A program made the translations under genes and the position numbers. Shown here in pieces: positions 19,199 through 28,755 of a stretch of 64,000 nt of DNA (position 1 is the first letter of the stretch; each line of letters starts with the position of its first letter). The stretch is taken from positions 44,190 to 108,189 of the forward strand of contig JAUIGB010000001.1 of the NCBI GenBank assembly GCA_030429975.1, given 5' to 3'. The DNA is from a bacterium. Its GTDB lineage: Bacteria > Patescibacteriota > Saccharimonadia > Saccharimonadales > Saccharimonadaceae. A model generated the notes under the pieces. It was given only the letters and a program-made list of their open reading frames with translations, was not told the DNA's origin and did no database searches.

Positions 19199-21036
19199 GC
19201 CTGGCCCGGTATCTTGAATTGACCAGGAACGGCGGCGGCTGGTTCTGGAGCAGTTTCGGGTGCCGGAGCAACACCACTATCACCAAAAACATCACCCGAG
19301 ACCGCGCCTGACGGCATAGGTGGCAAACTAGCACCCATGTCAGCCGGTGGCGCTGGCGGTGGAGGTGGCAATGGTAAATTCGACGCGTCCGATGGCATAG
19401 GAGGTAATGGTGGCAAGTCCGGTACTCCAGCTGGGGTATTAGGCGAAGGCGGTGCGACCGTTTCATCGGATGAATTCAACAAAGCGGCGCCTTCTGGCGT
19501 ACCACCTACATTTGCTGGAGCCGTCGATGGGTTAACAGGACTCACCTCGCTAGACGAAGTAGGCTCGGCAAACGGATTTATCGTTGGCTGTCCGTCTTCT
19601 GGTCCATTCTGAAAACTATTCAAGGCGTTGTCTTGGCTGGGTGCCTCCGCCCTGGTATCATGTCGCTGAATAATTTGTGGGTGCTCTTGGGGCGCTTCTG
19701 GTGCTGGAGCAAGTGCTTGCATCTGCGGTAACGCAGGGGCCGCTTCTCCACCCGTTGGTTCAAATCCAGGCATACCGGCATCCTTCGATGCAGTTGGTAA
19801 ATCTGGCATAGGGGCCGCCGGTGGAGACAATGGTTCTACCGCCACGGCCGAGACGGGTGGCGGTGGCGGGACCTCGGGTTGAGGAGGTTGTGGTGCGGAT
19901 TCTGGTTCTGGTGCCGCAGGCGGCGGCGTAGCTTCGACCGGAGCCTCGGCTGGAGGAGGCGCACCGTTGCCCGATCCATCTGGTGGGGCTGGCGCGTCTG
20001 GCGCATAAGCAGGATTGCTCTCTCCGTTTACGGGTATCGGAGGCGTCTCCGGCGTCTGCGGAGGTAATATGCCCCCATTTTCTTGCAGTTGCTGTTCAAT
20101 ATCTGCCATTGTCCCGGTCGGCGAACCGCCCGTTACACCGGCTAATTGGCTCTCGAATTGCTGTTCTTTGGTTTCTTGCTTGTTGCCTTTGTCTTGCTCT
20201 GTTCTGTCTATAGTTAGTTCGGTTCCGCTGTCATTTGCCTGGGTACCGCCACCGCCGCTCGTCTTACTAGAAGGAGTAACTGCATGCCCTTCCTCTAATT
20301 TAGCCGCGATTAATTGCTGGTTCGCGCCTGCGCCCATCAATTGCGCGGCGATAGTCATCACACTAGTAGTCGTATGGTCATTACTAAATCTAGCGGTCGC
20401 CGATACGATTCCCGTCAAAAGCGCCGTGGCTACTTGCTGATCTAACAGTGGCTGTTCTGATTTCAAACCCTCGTTGAGGCTGGCAACCATTTCAGACAAG
20501 CTACTGGCATTTTCATTATGCCAGTCGGTACTACCTAGCGTACTCTTTGCAGCACCAGTAGTCACCGTCATCACTGTCGCGTCGTGCAATATCTTGCCAT
20601 GCGACTCCAACGCCTTATCCAAATGCGCCTGATCCGTGACGCCCAACGCTATGATTAACTCGACATTGTAATCACCTTGGCTAAACTGCAGATCAGACTG
20701 GCTTAGCTGGGTTTTATACGGAGTGATGAAAATCTTTACGGACTCTCCCTCTACCTTGTATCTCAGGTGGTCGGCCTTCTCTTTATCGAGGGCAATGATA
20801 AAATCACGCAAACTATCGGCGCTATTATCAAAAGTCTTGTCCGGTTCCAAAAATGAAATCGCAGGAGGTATAGATCCGCTGAATACAGAGGTAGCCCTCT
20901 TGTCCATGTGATCCAACATAATTGTCAAACCCAAAGCAGCCGACAATTCGTCGACAGTAGGATTAGTGCTAACAGTCACCAAAATGTTACTGTTGCTATT
21001 TATAGCGTCTATGACCTGTTGTTTTGCTTGGTCCAT
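19195..21036 (-). CDS. Degenerate DHH/NrnA-fold protein with long Pro-rich disordered tail
   Basis: NPTVDELSAALGL and ATALLTGIVSATARF resemble DHH phosphoesterase motifs but the DHH triad is absent; Pro/Ala/Glu-rich C-terminal half. Confidence 0.75.
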   Translation of the reverse strand: MDQAKQQVIDAINSNSNILVTVSTNPTVDELSAALGLTIMLDHMDKRATSVFSGSIPPAISFLEPDKTFDNSADSLRDFIIALDKEKADHLRYKVEGESVKIFITPYKTQLSQSDLQFSQGDYNVELIIALGVTDQAHLDKALESHGKILHDATVMTVTTGAAKSTLGSTDWHNENASSLSEMVASLNEGLKSEQPLLDQQVATALLTGIVSATARFSNDHTTTSVMTIAAQLMGAGANQQLIAAKLEEGHAVTPSSKTSGGGGTQANDSGTELTIDRTEQDKGNKQETKEQQFESQLAGVTGGSPTGTMADIEQQLQENGGILPPQTPETPPIPVNGESNPAYAPDAPAPPDGSGNGAPPPAEAPVEATPPPAAPEPESAPQPPQPEVPPPPPVSAVAVEPLSPPAAPMPDLPTASKDAGMPGFEPTGGEAAPALPQMQALAPAPEAPQEHPQIIQRHDTRAEAPSQDNALNSFQNGPEDGQPTINPFAEPTSSSEVSPVNPSTAPANVGGTPEGAALLNSSDETVAPPSPNTPAGVPDLPPLPPMPSDASNLPLPPPPPAPPADMGASLPPMPSGAVSGDVFGDSGVAPAPETAPEPAAAVPGQFKIPGQA

Positions 21037-21208
21037 GGTGTTTTTTGTTGTTTTTGTTTAACTAATTTATAGTCCGTTTCAATATACCATGAGCGTTATA
21101 ATATAGTCAACAAATTTTATCCCTTTTTGACCCCTAGACAAAAATGTGTTTTTCGTCTATAATCTCTCTTTGATTGTAATAACAAATATTTAAGAGGTAA
21201 ATTTTTAT

Positions 21209-21568
21209 ATGCCAATCATCAAATCCGCTGTAAAGCGCATGAAGCAGACCGTAGTTCGACGCGAACGGAACGTTGCTTTGAAAAAAGATATCAAATCCGC
21301 TACCAAGGCTTTTTTGGCGAAGCCTAGCGCTGATACCCTATCAAAAGCTCAGAGTGAATTAGACAAAGCCGTCAAAAAAGGTCTGTTGAAAAAGAACACC
21401 GTTGCTCGTCGAAAAGCTAACCTGTCTGCAGTTGCAAAGGCTGCAAACGTAAAGCTTGCGACTGGAACCGCCAAAAAGGCATCTGCAAAGCCTGCCGCCA
21501 AGAAAGCTCCGGCAAAAAAGCCAGTAGCGAAAAAGGCACCCGCAAAGAAAACGACAACCAAAAAATAG
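21209..21568 (+). CDS. rpsT: 30S ribosomal protein S20 with Lys/Ala/Pro-rich tail
   Basis: MPIIKSAVKR, LDKAVKKGLLKKNTVARRKA; PAKK repeats. Confidence 0.95.
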   Translation: MPIIKSAVKRMKQTVVRRERNVALKKDIKSATKAFLAKPSADTLSKAQSELDKAVKKGLLKKNTVARRKANLSAVAKAANVKLATGTAKKASAKPAAKKAPAKKPVAKKAPAKKTTTKK

Positions 21569-21587
21569 TTAACATGTTAACCAATTT

Positions 21588-21613
21588 CAGCCTCCTACAC
21601 GGAGGCTGTTTTT
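21588..21613 (+). terminator. rpsT terminator overlapping the holA stop
   Basis: CAGCCTCC-TACAC-GGAGGCTG-TTTTT. Confidence 0.75.
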
Positions 21614-22515
21614 ATTAATGCATGCTCTATTAAGACCCAAGGGTCGACACTAATAGACTTCATGTCCTTGTCTGTTTTGGCAAAAATACGAACGATTTCT
21701 CGTACCTTCGCCTGACCTAGCCTGTCAGCATGCGACGTTAGCTTGCCGAGCGCATATGGATGCACACCTAGATCAACCGCGATATCCGCCGTGCGTCGAC
21801 CCGAATTTTTATCCATATTCGCAAGTGCGGCCAACTGAAAAACTTGTCCGGATAACAAGCCCAGAACCATATACGGTTCTTCGGTTTGCTCTAGATCTTT
21901 TATCATGTCACGCACCTTTTGTTTTTTACCCACCAACGCGGTTTCTAGTAAATTAAACACGTTTTCCGTCGGTTTTGAATCTATAGATTGCTCGATAGCC
22001 TCAGGTGTAATCTCGTCTAATACGGATAGTTTTTCTAGCGCATGGTACAGTTGCCACTGATCATTCCCCACTCTCTCGATCAGTAATCGCGCACATTTTT
22101 TGTCCAACGTCGCTCCCATGTCACGAGCCTCGTCGAGTATCCACTTTTCAGCCGGAGCGGTTTCGTATTCCTTCCACTTTTTGTGTTCGATTATTTGAGC
22201 GACGGACTTTATACTACTCCAAAATTTGGTTCGTTTGTCGGGCTTTGGCTCTACTAGTACCAAGTGCACGTCATCACTCACCGTAGCCAACCAACCCGAC
22301 AGGGCATCTCCAAGTTTTTTGTTTTCAGACACGTCACGAATAATAACCAGTCGATTAGTCGCGAACAGGGTTCCTCCCTGTAATAAATCAGGTAAATTGC
22401 CGACTTCTAATTCGCTTGCGTCGAATTTTTCCGGCATGCCATCAAAATCAGCGACGATTTTATTAATAGCCCGCCTGATTTCAAAGCTGTTATCTCCCGT
22501 TAGAAATGTAATCAC
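21595..22515 (-). CDS. holA: DNA polymerase III subunit delta
   Basis: ITFLTGDN, LFATNRLVII, LEKL, NVFNL, HPY; usual rpsT-holA synteny. Confidence 0.9.
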   Translation of the reverse strand: MITFLTGDNSFEIRRAINKIVADFDGMPEKFDASELEVGNLPDLLQGGTLFATNRLVIIRDVSENKKLGDALSGWLATVSDDVHLVLVEPKPDKRTKFWSSIKSVAQIIEHKKWKEYETAPAEKWILDEARDMGATLDKKCARLLIERVGNDQWQLYHALEKLSVLDEITPEAIEQSIDSKPTENVFNLLETALVGKKQKVRDMIKDLEQTEEPYMVLGLLSGQVFQLAALANMDKNSGRRTADIAVDLGVHPYALGKLTSHADRLGQAKVREIVRIFAKTDKDMKSISVDPWVLIEHALIKTASV

Positions 22516-22583
22516 TAATAGTCAGCGTAATATAAAACGTATATTTTATCCAGGTGGATGGTTTTATATTTCGGTGGCTATGG

Positions 22584-23453
22584 CTATTTTAGCACCTGAC
22601 ACCTTGGACATATATGCGTACCACGACCCGCCGCACGTGTTTTTATAATTTCCGTACCACAGCGACGGCAGGGTTGACCTTCGCGCCGAAAAACCCGCGC
22701 GAATTCTATATAACTGCCTTTTTTGCCCTCGGCATTAACATAGTTTCTGTCGGTGCTACCACCCAAATCTATCGATTCGTTCAAGATTGCGCGAAGCTCG
22801 GTATATAACGCGACAAATGAGGGTTTACGAATATCCGAAACTTTTGTAAGTGGATGTATCTTCGAGCCCCATAACGATTCGTCGGCATATATATTGCCGA
22901 CACCCGCCACGACCGTTTGATCCAGCAAGGCTGCTTTTATGGACGAATTCTTGCGCCGGGCAAACCTGTCGAAGAACTGACTGGCGGTAAAATCCGCCTC
23001 TAGGGGTTCGGGTCCTACCTTTTGCATAAAATCTATGTTCGGGACTTCAATCGTTGGCATCAGTCTGACCCAACCAAATTTACGCTGGTCGTTGAAATAC
23101 AAATGCGACCCATCCGAGAATTCAAAAATTACCCTCGTGGATTTATCTGGTAGTCTGCCAACCAAAGAGTCGCTAGGATGTCCCGCGCCAAATTTCTCTT
23201 TGCCGATGTATACCAATTGCCCGGTCATTTTTAGATGTATAACCAAGGTGTGCTCTGTAGATAAATCTATCATTAACACCTTTGCCCTACGCCTTACTTC
23301 GACTATTTCCGCGCCAATCAAAAAATTACGAACATCGGCGTCCGCATTTGGAAAACTTTTAGGCCAATCATGGTTAACCGTTCGAATAGTTCGTCCGATG
23401 ATTAATCTTTGTAGCCCACGCCTTACAGTTTCTACCTCGGGCAATTCAGGCAC
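22584..23453 (-). CDS. mutM: Formamidopyrimidine-DNA glycosylase
   Basis: MPELPEVE, HLKMTG, GVGNIYADE, C-terminal zinc finger. Confidence 0.98.
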   Translation of the reverse strand: MPELPEVETVRRGLQRLIIGRTIRTVNHDWPKSFPNADADVRNFLIGAEIVEVRRRAKVLMIDLSTEHTLVIHLKMTGQLVYIGKEKFGAGHPSDSLVGRLPDKSTRVIFEFSDGSHLYFNDQRKFGWVRLMPTIEVPNIDFMQKVGPEPLEADFTASQFFDRFARRKNSSIKAALLDQTVVAGVGNIYADESLWGSKIHPLTKVSDIRKPSFVALYTELRAILNESIDLGGSTDRNYVNAEGKKGSYIEFARVFRREGQPCRRCGTEIIKTRAAGRGTHICPRCQVLK

Positions 23454-24018
23454 GTATGATTTCCTTGATTTGTTCGATTGTTTTTGCTGTATCCGTGTGA
23501 TGTATGGTCTTCATTCCCACTTCCGAGGCGGCCGTGCAGTACCTCTCTATATCATCAACGAAAATACACTCGCTTGGGTATGCCCCTAGCTTGTCAGCTG
23601 CCAGCTCATATATCTGGGCTTCGGGTTTTACTAATCCAACCTGATAAGACAATATGGCGGAATCAAGTAGTTGCACTTGCCAGGGTTCAAATAGATCGTT
23701 CAGCCAGTTTCCGCCAGCATTACTTAACATGCCTATCTTGCATCGTGATTTCAGATCGTGCTTTATAAAATCAAACAATCGCCTGTCTGGGATGTTTCCA
23801 CCAAACCTACGCTCTACTTCGACTTCAGTGAGCCCCACAAGCTCGCCAACCTCAGATATAAAACGACGCATACTAATAGTTCCGCTATTCACGGCCTTGT
23901 CTAAATCTAGTGCTTGTTGCATCTTTTCGGGATTATCAGCGAAATGCTCTTCGCGTAACTGCTTCCAGCCATCCGATGTTAGCACGCCAAAACAATCAAA
24001 TATAACTGCCTTTATCAC
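23446..24018 (-). CDS. HAD-family phosphatase
   Basis: IFDCFGVL, LSN, KP, FVDD; start moved to GTG 24018 after TATAAT. Confidence 0.9.
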   Translation of the reverse strand: MIKAVIFDCFGVLTSDGWKQLREEHFADNPEKMQQALDLDKAVNSGTISMRRFISEVGELVGLTEVEVERRFGGNIPDRRLFDFIKHDLKSRCKIGMLSNAGGNWLNDLFEPWQVQLLDSAILSYQVGLVKPEAQIYELAADKLGAYPSECIFVDDIERYCTAASEVGMKTIHHTDTAKTIEQIKEIIRA

Positions 24019-24061
24019 AGTTTTATTATACAGGGTAAAGGTCCGACCTTCCCAACCATAA

Positions 24062-24084
24062 AACCCCGCCGTCACGGCGGGGTT
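24062..24084. terminator. Intrinsic terminator hairpin
   Basis: AACCCCGCCGT-C-ACGGCGGGGTT. Confidence 0.75.
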
Positions 24085-24106
24085 GCTTTCGGTTACGGCT
24101 AGGTAA

Positions 24107-24706
24107 TTATGATGCGTCTATTTTGCCCAGTAGCTTGTAGTTATCAGGAATTTGATCCAGAAACAGCTCGCGCACCAGTGTCAGCTTGGCATTAAACGAA
24201 CCACGCGTACAAGAGGCTGTCCATAATTTTTGGACTGATTTATTATCTTTTAGCACCTCGAACTCGTACAACGTACCAGTGGCACATATACCGCGCGTGT
24301 CATTTGCTGAATCTATAAACGGCAAATCATCCATGTATCCCAGGCGATCTAATGCATGAACTAGCTCGGTGTATGCTTTTTTGTTGTTACTCAATTCTTT
24401 TCGTTGAATCGGTTTTTTGTTGTATCCCTTGTAAGTTGTCATGTTACGGTAGTTCGGTTTTACAGTAATCGTATAGCTGTTGTGTTCTTCGTTACCGACT
24501 ATAGGACCTCGCACGGTCATGCGAACCCCACTACCACTTTCGGTCTTGGTTAGATTTTCGGCACCCCTATTAACAACCTCTGTAGGAGCAGGCGCGCCTC
24601 CACCAAAGATCGATTGGCCAATAGACCAAATACCAGCAATAGACGCCGCTATGACGATTAATATCAGTATAATCGGAATAATCCGTGACAATCCACTTCT
24701 CTCCAT
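24107..24706 (-). CDS. Hypothetical single-TM exported protein
   Basis: N-terminal TM; promoter TTGACT-17-TATAAT at 24713-24741. Confidence 0.8.
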   Translation of the reverse strand: MERSGLSRIIPIILILIVIAASIAGIWSIGQSIFGGGAPAPTEVVNRGAENLTKTESGSGVRMTVRGPIVGNEEHNSYTITVKPNYRNMTTYKGYNKKPIQRKELSNNKKAYTELVHALDRLGYMDDLPFIDSANDTRGICATGTLYEFEVLKDNKSVQKLWTASCTRGSFNAKLTLVRELFLDQIPDNYKLLGKIDAS

Positions 24707-24753
24707 GTTTTCATTATAACATTTCTATGGAAAAAAGTCAATACAGCTAACGT

Positions 24754-25074
24754 TTATTCGGTAGTAGTTTTCAAATATAGTTTCTTATCGAAGCCACCCC
24801 TGTCTGATAGCTTTTCGTTGCGAGCATCCTCGACCTTTTCTGGCGTGAATCCGCATACTTCATCCAGCGATTTCAACACCTCTGCTACATCTGCTCTCTC
24901 GCCCAAGTCACCGTCCGACTCGCGCAGTTCCTTTGCTTCTTCGACTAGCTTGTCTAATAGAGCCAGCCTAAACTGTTCGTCAGTTAATTCTTCGAAGTCC
25001 CCCAACACGCCATGTTCCGTTAACACCTCTGGTATTTTGTCGCGAACAAGTTTGTTATACGTTTTTTCGCCCAC
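24754..25074 (-). CDS. MazG-like nucleoside triphosphate pyrophosphohydrolase
   Basis: YNKLVRDKIPE, KLVEEAKE, ERADV, RGGF; GTG overlaps the polA stop. Confidence 0.85.
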   Translation of the reverse strand: MGEKTYNKLVRDKIPEVLTEHGVLGDFEELTDEQFRLALLDKLVEEAKELRESDGDLGERADVAEVLKSLDEVCGFTPEKVEDARNEKLSDRGGFDKKLYLKTTTE

Positions 25075-27608
25075 TATAATTCGCCCCAATTTTTGCCCGA
25101 TTCAACGTCTACTTTTAGCTTGATCGGTAATTTCGGTGCGATAGCTTCCATGGTTTCTTTCAGTATCTTGCCAACCTTCTCGGCATTTTTGGCAGGACAT
25201 TCTACTAGTACGCTGTCATGAATCTGCAATATTTGCTGACCCAAGTCACCTAGTTTTTCCTCTATTTTAATCATTGCGAGCTTCATCAAATCAGCCTCGG
25301 TGCCCTGTATAGGCATATTTGCCGCCTGACGCTTGGCTCCTTCGCGAACCATATAGTTGCTACTCTTTAAATCCGGAGTTGGACGGCGCCGGCCATAGTA
25401 TGTCTCTACGTATCCGTCTTTTTCTGCCTTTTCTAGGGTATGGTCAATATATTTACGTATTGGAGCGCGCAGTTCAAAGTATTGATCAATGAACTGTTTT
25501 GCTTCTGCGAAGGTCTTGCCCGTATTTTGCGCTAACGCATGTGGACCCATGCCGTATAGGACGCCAAAGTTAATCACCTTGGCATCGCGACGCTGACCTT
25601 TAGTTACCTTGTCCATCGGTATACCATATACCTCGGATGCCGTTTTAGTGTGTATATCAATGTCATCGTTAAAGTCATCGATTAATTTCTGATCATTGGC
25701 CAGCACTGCGGCAAGGCGAAGTTCGAATTGGCTATAATCCGCACCCACCAATACATTACCCTTTTCTGGTACGAAGGCTTCGCGGATTCTCCTACCAAGT
25801 TCGGTTCTAACTGGAATGTTCTGTAGATTAGGGTCGGCGCTGGACAATCGCCCGGTCGCGGCGACATCTTGGTTGAAAGTCGTGTGTAGCCGATTGTTTT
25901 CATCGGTCATATCCGGCAATGTATCAACGTATGTGTTCTTTAACTTCGCTAGTTCCCGGGTTTGTTCGATCAGTTCGATTATCGGATGTTGTCCGCGTAG
26001 TTTGTCCAGTGTCTTTTGGTCGGTGCTATAGCCTGTTTTGCCCCGTTTTACACCCGCCGTCGGAAGCTGTAACTTGGTGAAAAGCACCTCGGCTAGTTGA
26101 GCCGGACTACCGATATTAAACTCGTGACCCGCCATTTTGTACATTTCTTTTTCTAATCTGGCGTGTTCTTCGCCCAATTCTTGGCTCATTTTTGCGAGTA
26201 GTTTTTTATCAATTTTGATACCTCGGTGTTCCACCAAAAACAGCGTGTGCATCAATGCGAAATCAAATCTTTCGGCAATTTCTGATACTTTTGGAATTTG
26301 CTTGAAGCCTTCTACTTGCCAATCATAAACCTGCCATAGTGACGCAATCCTCTCTAGTGGAGTCGTCACTTCTCCGCCTATAAGTGACCTGAGGCTACGA
26401 TCGCGGCGAAGTGGATCGATCAGAAAAGCCGACTGACGCACATCGTGGATCTGACCAAAACATACGTCATTGACACCATGCGCCGCCAAATCGTGATATA
26501 GCTGCTTGACATCGTAAGCGATAATTTTAGCTAACTCAAAGGCTTTCCAGGTACTTTTGGCAACGTCACGAATTGGCTGTTTATATGCAGTATCACGGTC
26601 CACCGACACCCATAAGTTGTCATCCTCGACATCCAGAACTACGTTGCCTTGAATCATCAGCTGGTCTGGCCACGGCTTTTCATCCAAATCCGCGGTGGAA
26701 TGATGATTCACGGCCAGTGCCCTTGATGGGTTTTCGTCCTGCATGTGTTTTGGCAGTCTGCGCGTCAGGGAGTGAAACTCAAATTTTTCTAAAATGTCAG
26801 CAACCCTGTTTAGGTCTGTGTTATGGATATCCGCTTCTTCCCAGTCTAGATCAATTGGCGCGTCAGTAAATATCTGGGCGACTTCCTTGCTGGCATATGC
26901 GGCCTCTTTGTCAGTCATAAGGTTTTCTTTTTGCGCGCCCTTTAGGTCATCTATATGCTTGTAGATTCCATCCAAATCACCATATGCTCCTAGTAGTTTT
27001 TCGGCCGCGACGGGACCAATCTTTCGTACGCCTGGAATATTGTCACTCGTGTCACCTACCAAAGCCTTGTAATCAACAAACTGGGCATGTTTGACGTGAT
27101 ACTTTTCCTCGAAAGCTGCCTCGTCGTATTCAGTTAAATCAGTACCTCCGCGCTTGGTTATATAGACACACGTATGCGGAGAGATTAGCTGTAACATGTC
27201 AAAATCACCAGACACCAAGCAAGTCTGAACACCTTTCTTGTCCGCCTGTTTTGCAAACGTACCCATAATGTCGTCGGCCTCATAGTCGTCAACTTCGTAT
27301 AGTGGCCACCCAAAAGCGTCCAATAACTCACGTAACAGTGGTATCTGCGCATGAAAGTCAGGTGGGGCAGGCTTTCTAGTGGCCTTGTACTGAGGCAGGA
27401 TTTTCTTTCGTTTTGCTATACTGGTGCCTTTTATGTCCCACGCGACAGCCACGTAGTCCGGGTCTAGCTTTTTAATAATTTCTATCGCTATGCTGGCAAA
27501 TCCATACACGGCGTTCGACGGAGTACCATCACGCAGACTAAGTCCGGGCATAGCGAAATACGCCCTATAAAAAACAGATTTACCATCGATAACTACGAGG
27601 CGTTTCAT
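25074..27608 (-). CDS. polA: DNA polymerase I
   Basis: 5'-3' exonuclease (EADD, GDTSDNIPG); motifs ADYSQFELR, AKVINFGVLYG, QIHD. Confidence 0.98.
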   Translation of the reverse strand: MKRLVVIDGKSVFYRAYFAMPGLSLRDGTPSNAVYGFASIAIEIIKKLDPDYVAVAWDIKGTSIAKRKKILPQYKATRKPAPPDFHAQIPLLRELLDAFGWPLYEVDDYEADDIMGTFAKQADKKGVQTCLVSGDFDMLQLISPHTCVYITKRGGTDLTEYDEAAFEEKYHVKHAQFVDYKALVGDTSDNIPGVRKIGPVAAEKLLGAYGDLDGIYKHIDDLKGAQKENLMTDKEAAYASKEVAQIFTDAPIDLDWEEADIHNTDLNRVADILEKFEFHSLTRRLPKHMQDENPSRALAVNHHSTADLDEKPWPDQLMIQGNVVLDVEDDNLWVSVDRDTAYKQPIRDVAKSTWKAFELAKIIAYDVKQLYHDLAAHGVNDVCFGQIHDVRQSAFLIDPLRRDRSLRSLIGGEVTTPLERIASLWQVYDWQVEGFKQIPKVSEIAERFDFALMHTLFLVEHRGIKIDKKLLAKMSQELGEEHARLEKEMYKMAGHEFNIGSPAQLAEVLFTKLQLPTAGVKRGKTGYSTDQKTLDKLRGQHPIIELIEQTRELAKLKNTYVDTLPDMTDENNRLHTTFNQDVAATGRLSSADPNLQNIPVRTELGRRIREAFVPEKGNVLVGADYSQFELRLAAVLANDQKLIDDFNDDIDIHTKTASEVYGIPMDKVTKGQRRDAKVINFGVLYGMGPHALAQNTGKTFAEAKQFIDQYFELRAPIRKYIDHTLEKAEKDGYVETYYGRRRPTPDLKSSNYMVREGAKRQAANMPIQGTEADLMKLAMIKIEEKLGDLGQQILQIHDSVLVECPAKNAEKVGKILKETMEAIAPKLPIKLKVDVESGKNWGEL

Positions 27609-27678
27609 ATCTATTATTATAGCTTATCTGTTAGTTTTAGCGAATCTCGCGATCGACGGACTAAAAGTCCGCTACCTC

Positions 27679-28713
27679 TTATTGCGTGTACTCCGAGAAT
27701 TGCTGACGAAAATAGTCCAGTTCTCCGCCTTGCGCTAACTGCTCTCGTAGTTTGTACATGGCGCTACGCGATGTGCCATTTACCTTTCGTCGATTTATGT
27801 TGAGTACCTGCGCGACGGTATCCATATCCTGGCCCTCGGCGATATATAGCCTCACCACGTCTTTTTCTAGTAGTGTCAAGCAGCTGTTGGCAAGCATCTT
27901 CGCGACGTTATCTACCAGTTCGGGTACTATTTCCATTTTCGCAACCAAGTCCTCGACGGGAGCTTGCACAGGATCAGAGATGGCGTCGCCCATCTCTAGC
28001 AACGAACCATCGCTCCCCTCGATCTCACGATTTAGGCTGTCCATATCCCAGACCATCGTACGCAGTTCATCTACCTGTTTTGGTGTTAGCTTCTTTTTGC
28101 GGCCATTGTTCATCTCTTCATACAAAACATCGTCACTAACATCAGAACCATGCTCGTTCTTGAAATCACGTTTTATGGTATGCATTTTTTGAATTAATAC
28201 ACTGCTATCATATGGTATCTGTATGGATCTGCCCTGCCGATGAATCGCCTTGCTGATGCTCGAGCGAATCCACGTATAGGCGTAATGACCAAAACTAGAG
28301 CCTTTTGAGTTATTTGGGTCAAACAATTCTACCGCCCTAATCAGACCTAGATTACCTTCCTGAATCAGGTCCATTTCATCCAGTCCTTTGTTTTTGTATT
28401 TTTGCGCCAATTCAAACACGAGACCAGTATTTGCACTCACGATATCGTTTCGCGCAGCTAGTCCAATAGCCGCAATGTCGGCCAACTCCGCCCTTTCATC
28501 TTGCGACAAGTCTTCTTCGTTATCTATTCGATCTTGGGCCGCTATTCCCGCCTGCACTAGATCGACTAGTTCCATCATTGTTTCATCATCTAAGCGTGGG
28601 TTTTTTCGGGTATCATGCCTGTATAGACCAAATATGTCATCGCCCAGAAATTTACCTTCGTGTGATGGAGGACACGTAGGATAAGAATCGACTTTCCGCC
28701 TCGGTTGAGTCAT
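27679..28713 (-). CDS. Divergent sigma-70 (RpoD-like) factor, paralogue A
   Basis: ANTGLV, DLIQEGNLGLIRAVELFDP, YAYTWIR, SIQIP; degenerate region 4. Confidence 0.85.
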   Translation of the reverse strand: MTQPRRKVDSYPTCPPSHEGKFLGDDIFGLYRHDTRKNPRLDDETMMELVDLVQAGIAAQDRIDNEEDLSQDERAELADIAAIGLAARNDIVSANTGLVFELAQKYKNKGLDEMDLIQEGNLGLIRAVELFDPNNSKGSSFGHYAYTWIRSSISKAIHRQGRSIQIPYDSSVLIQKMHTIKRDFKNEHGSDVSDDVLYEEMNNGRKKKLTPKQVDELRTMVWDMDSLNREIEGSDGSLLEMGDAISDPVQAPVEDLVAKMEIVPELVDNVAKMLANSCLTLLEKDVVRLYIAEGQDMDTVAQVLNINRRKVNGTSRSAMYKLREQLAQGGELDYFRQQFSEYTQ

Positions 28714-28755
28714 AATGTTTGCTATTATACAACTTTATTGACTATTATTCAACGT

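Noticed and set aside
21568..21581. Canonical parS site
   Set aside because: GTTAACATGTTAAC differs from GTTTCACGTGAAAC at most core positions; kept only as an unassigned palindrome.
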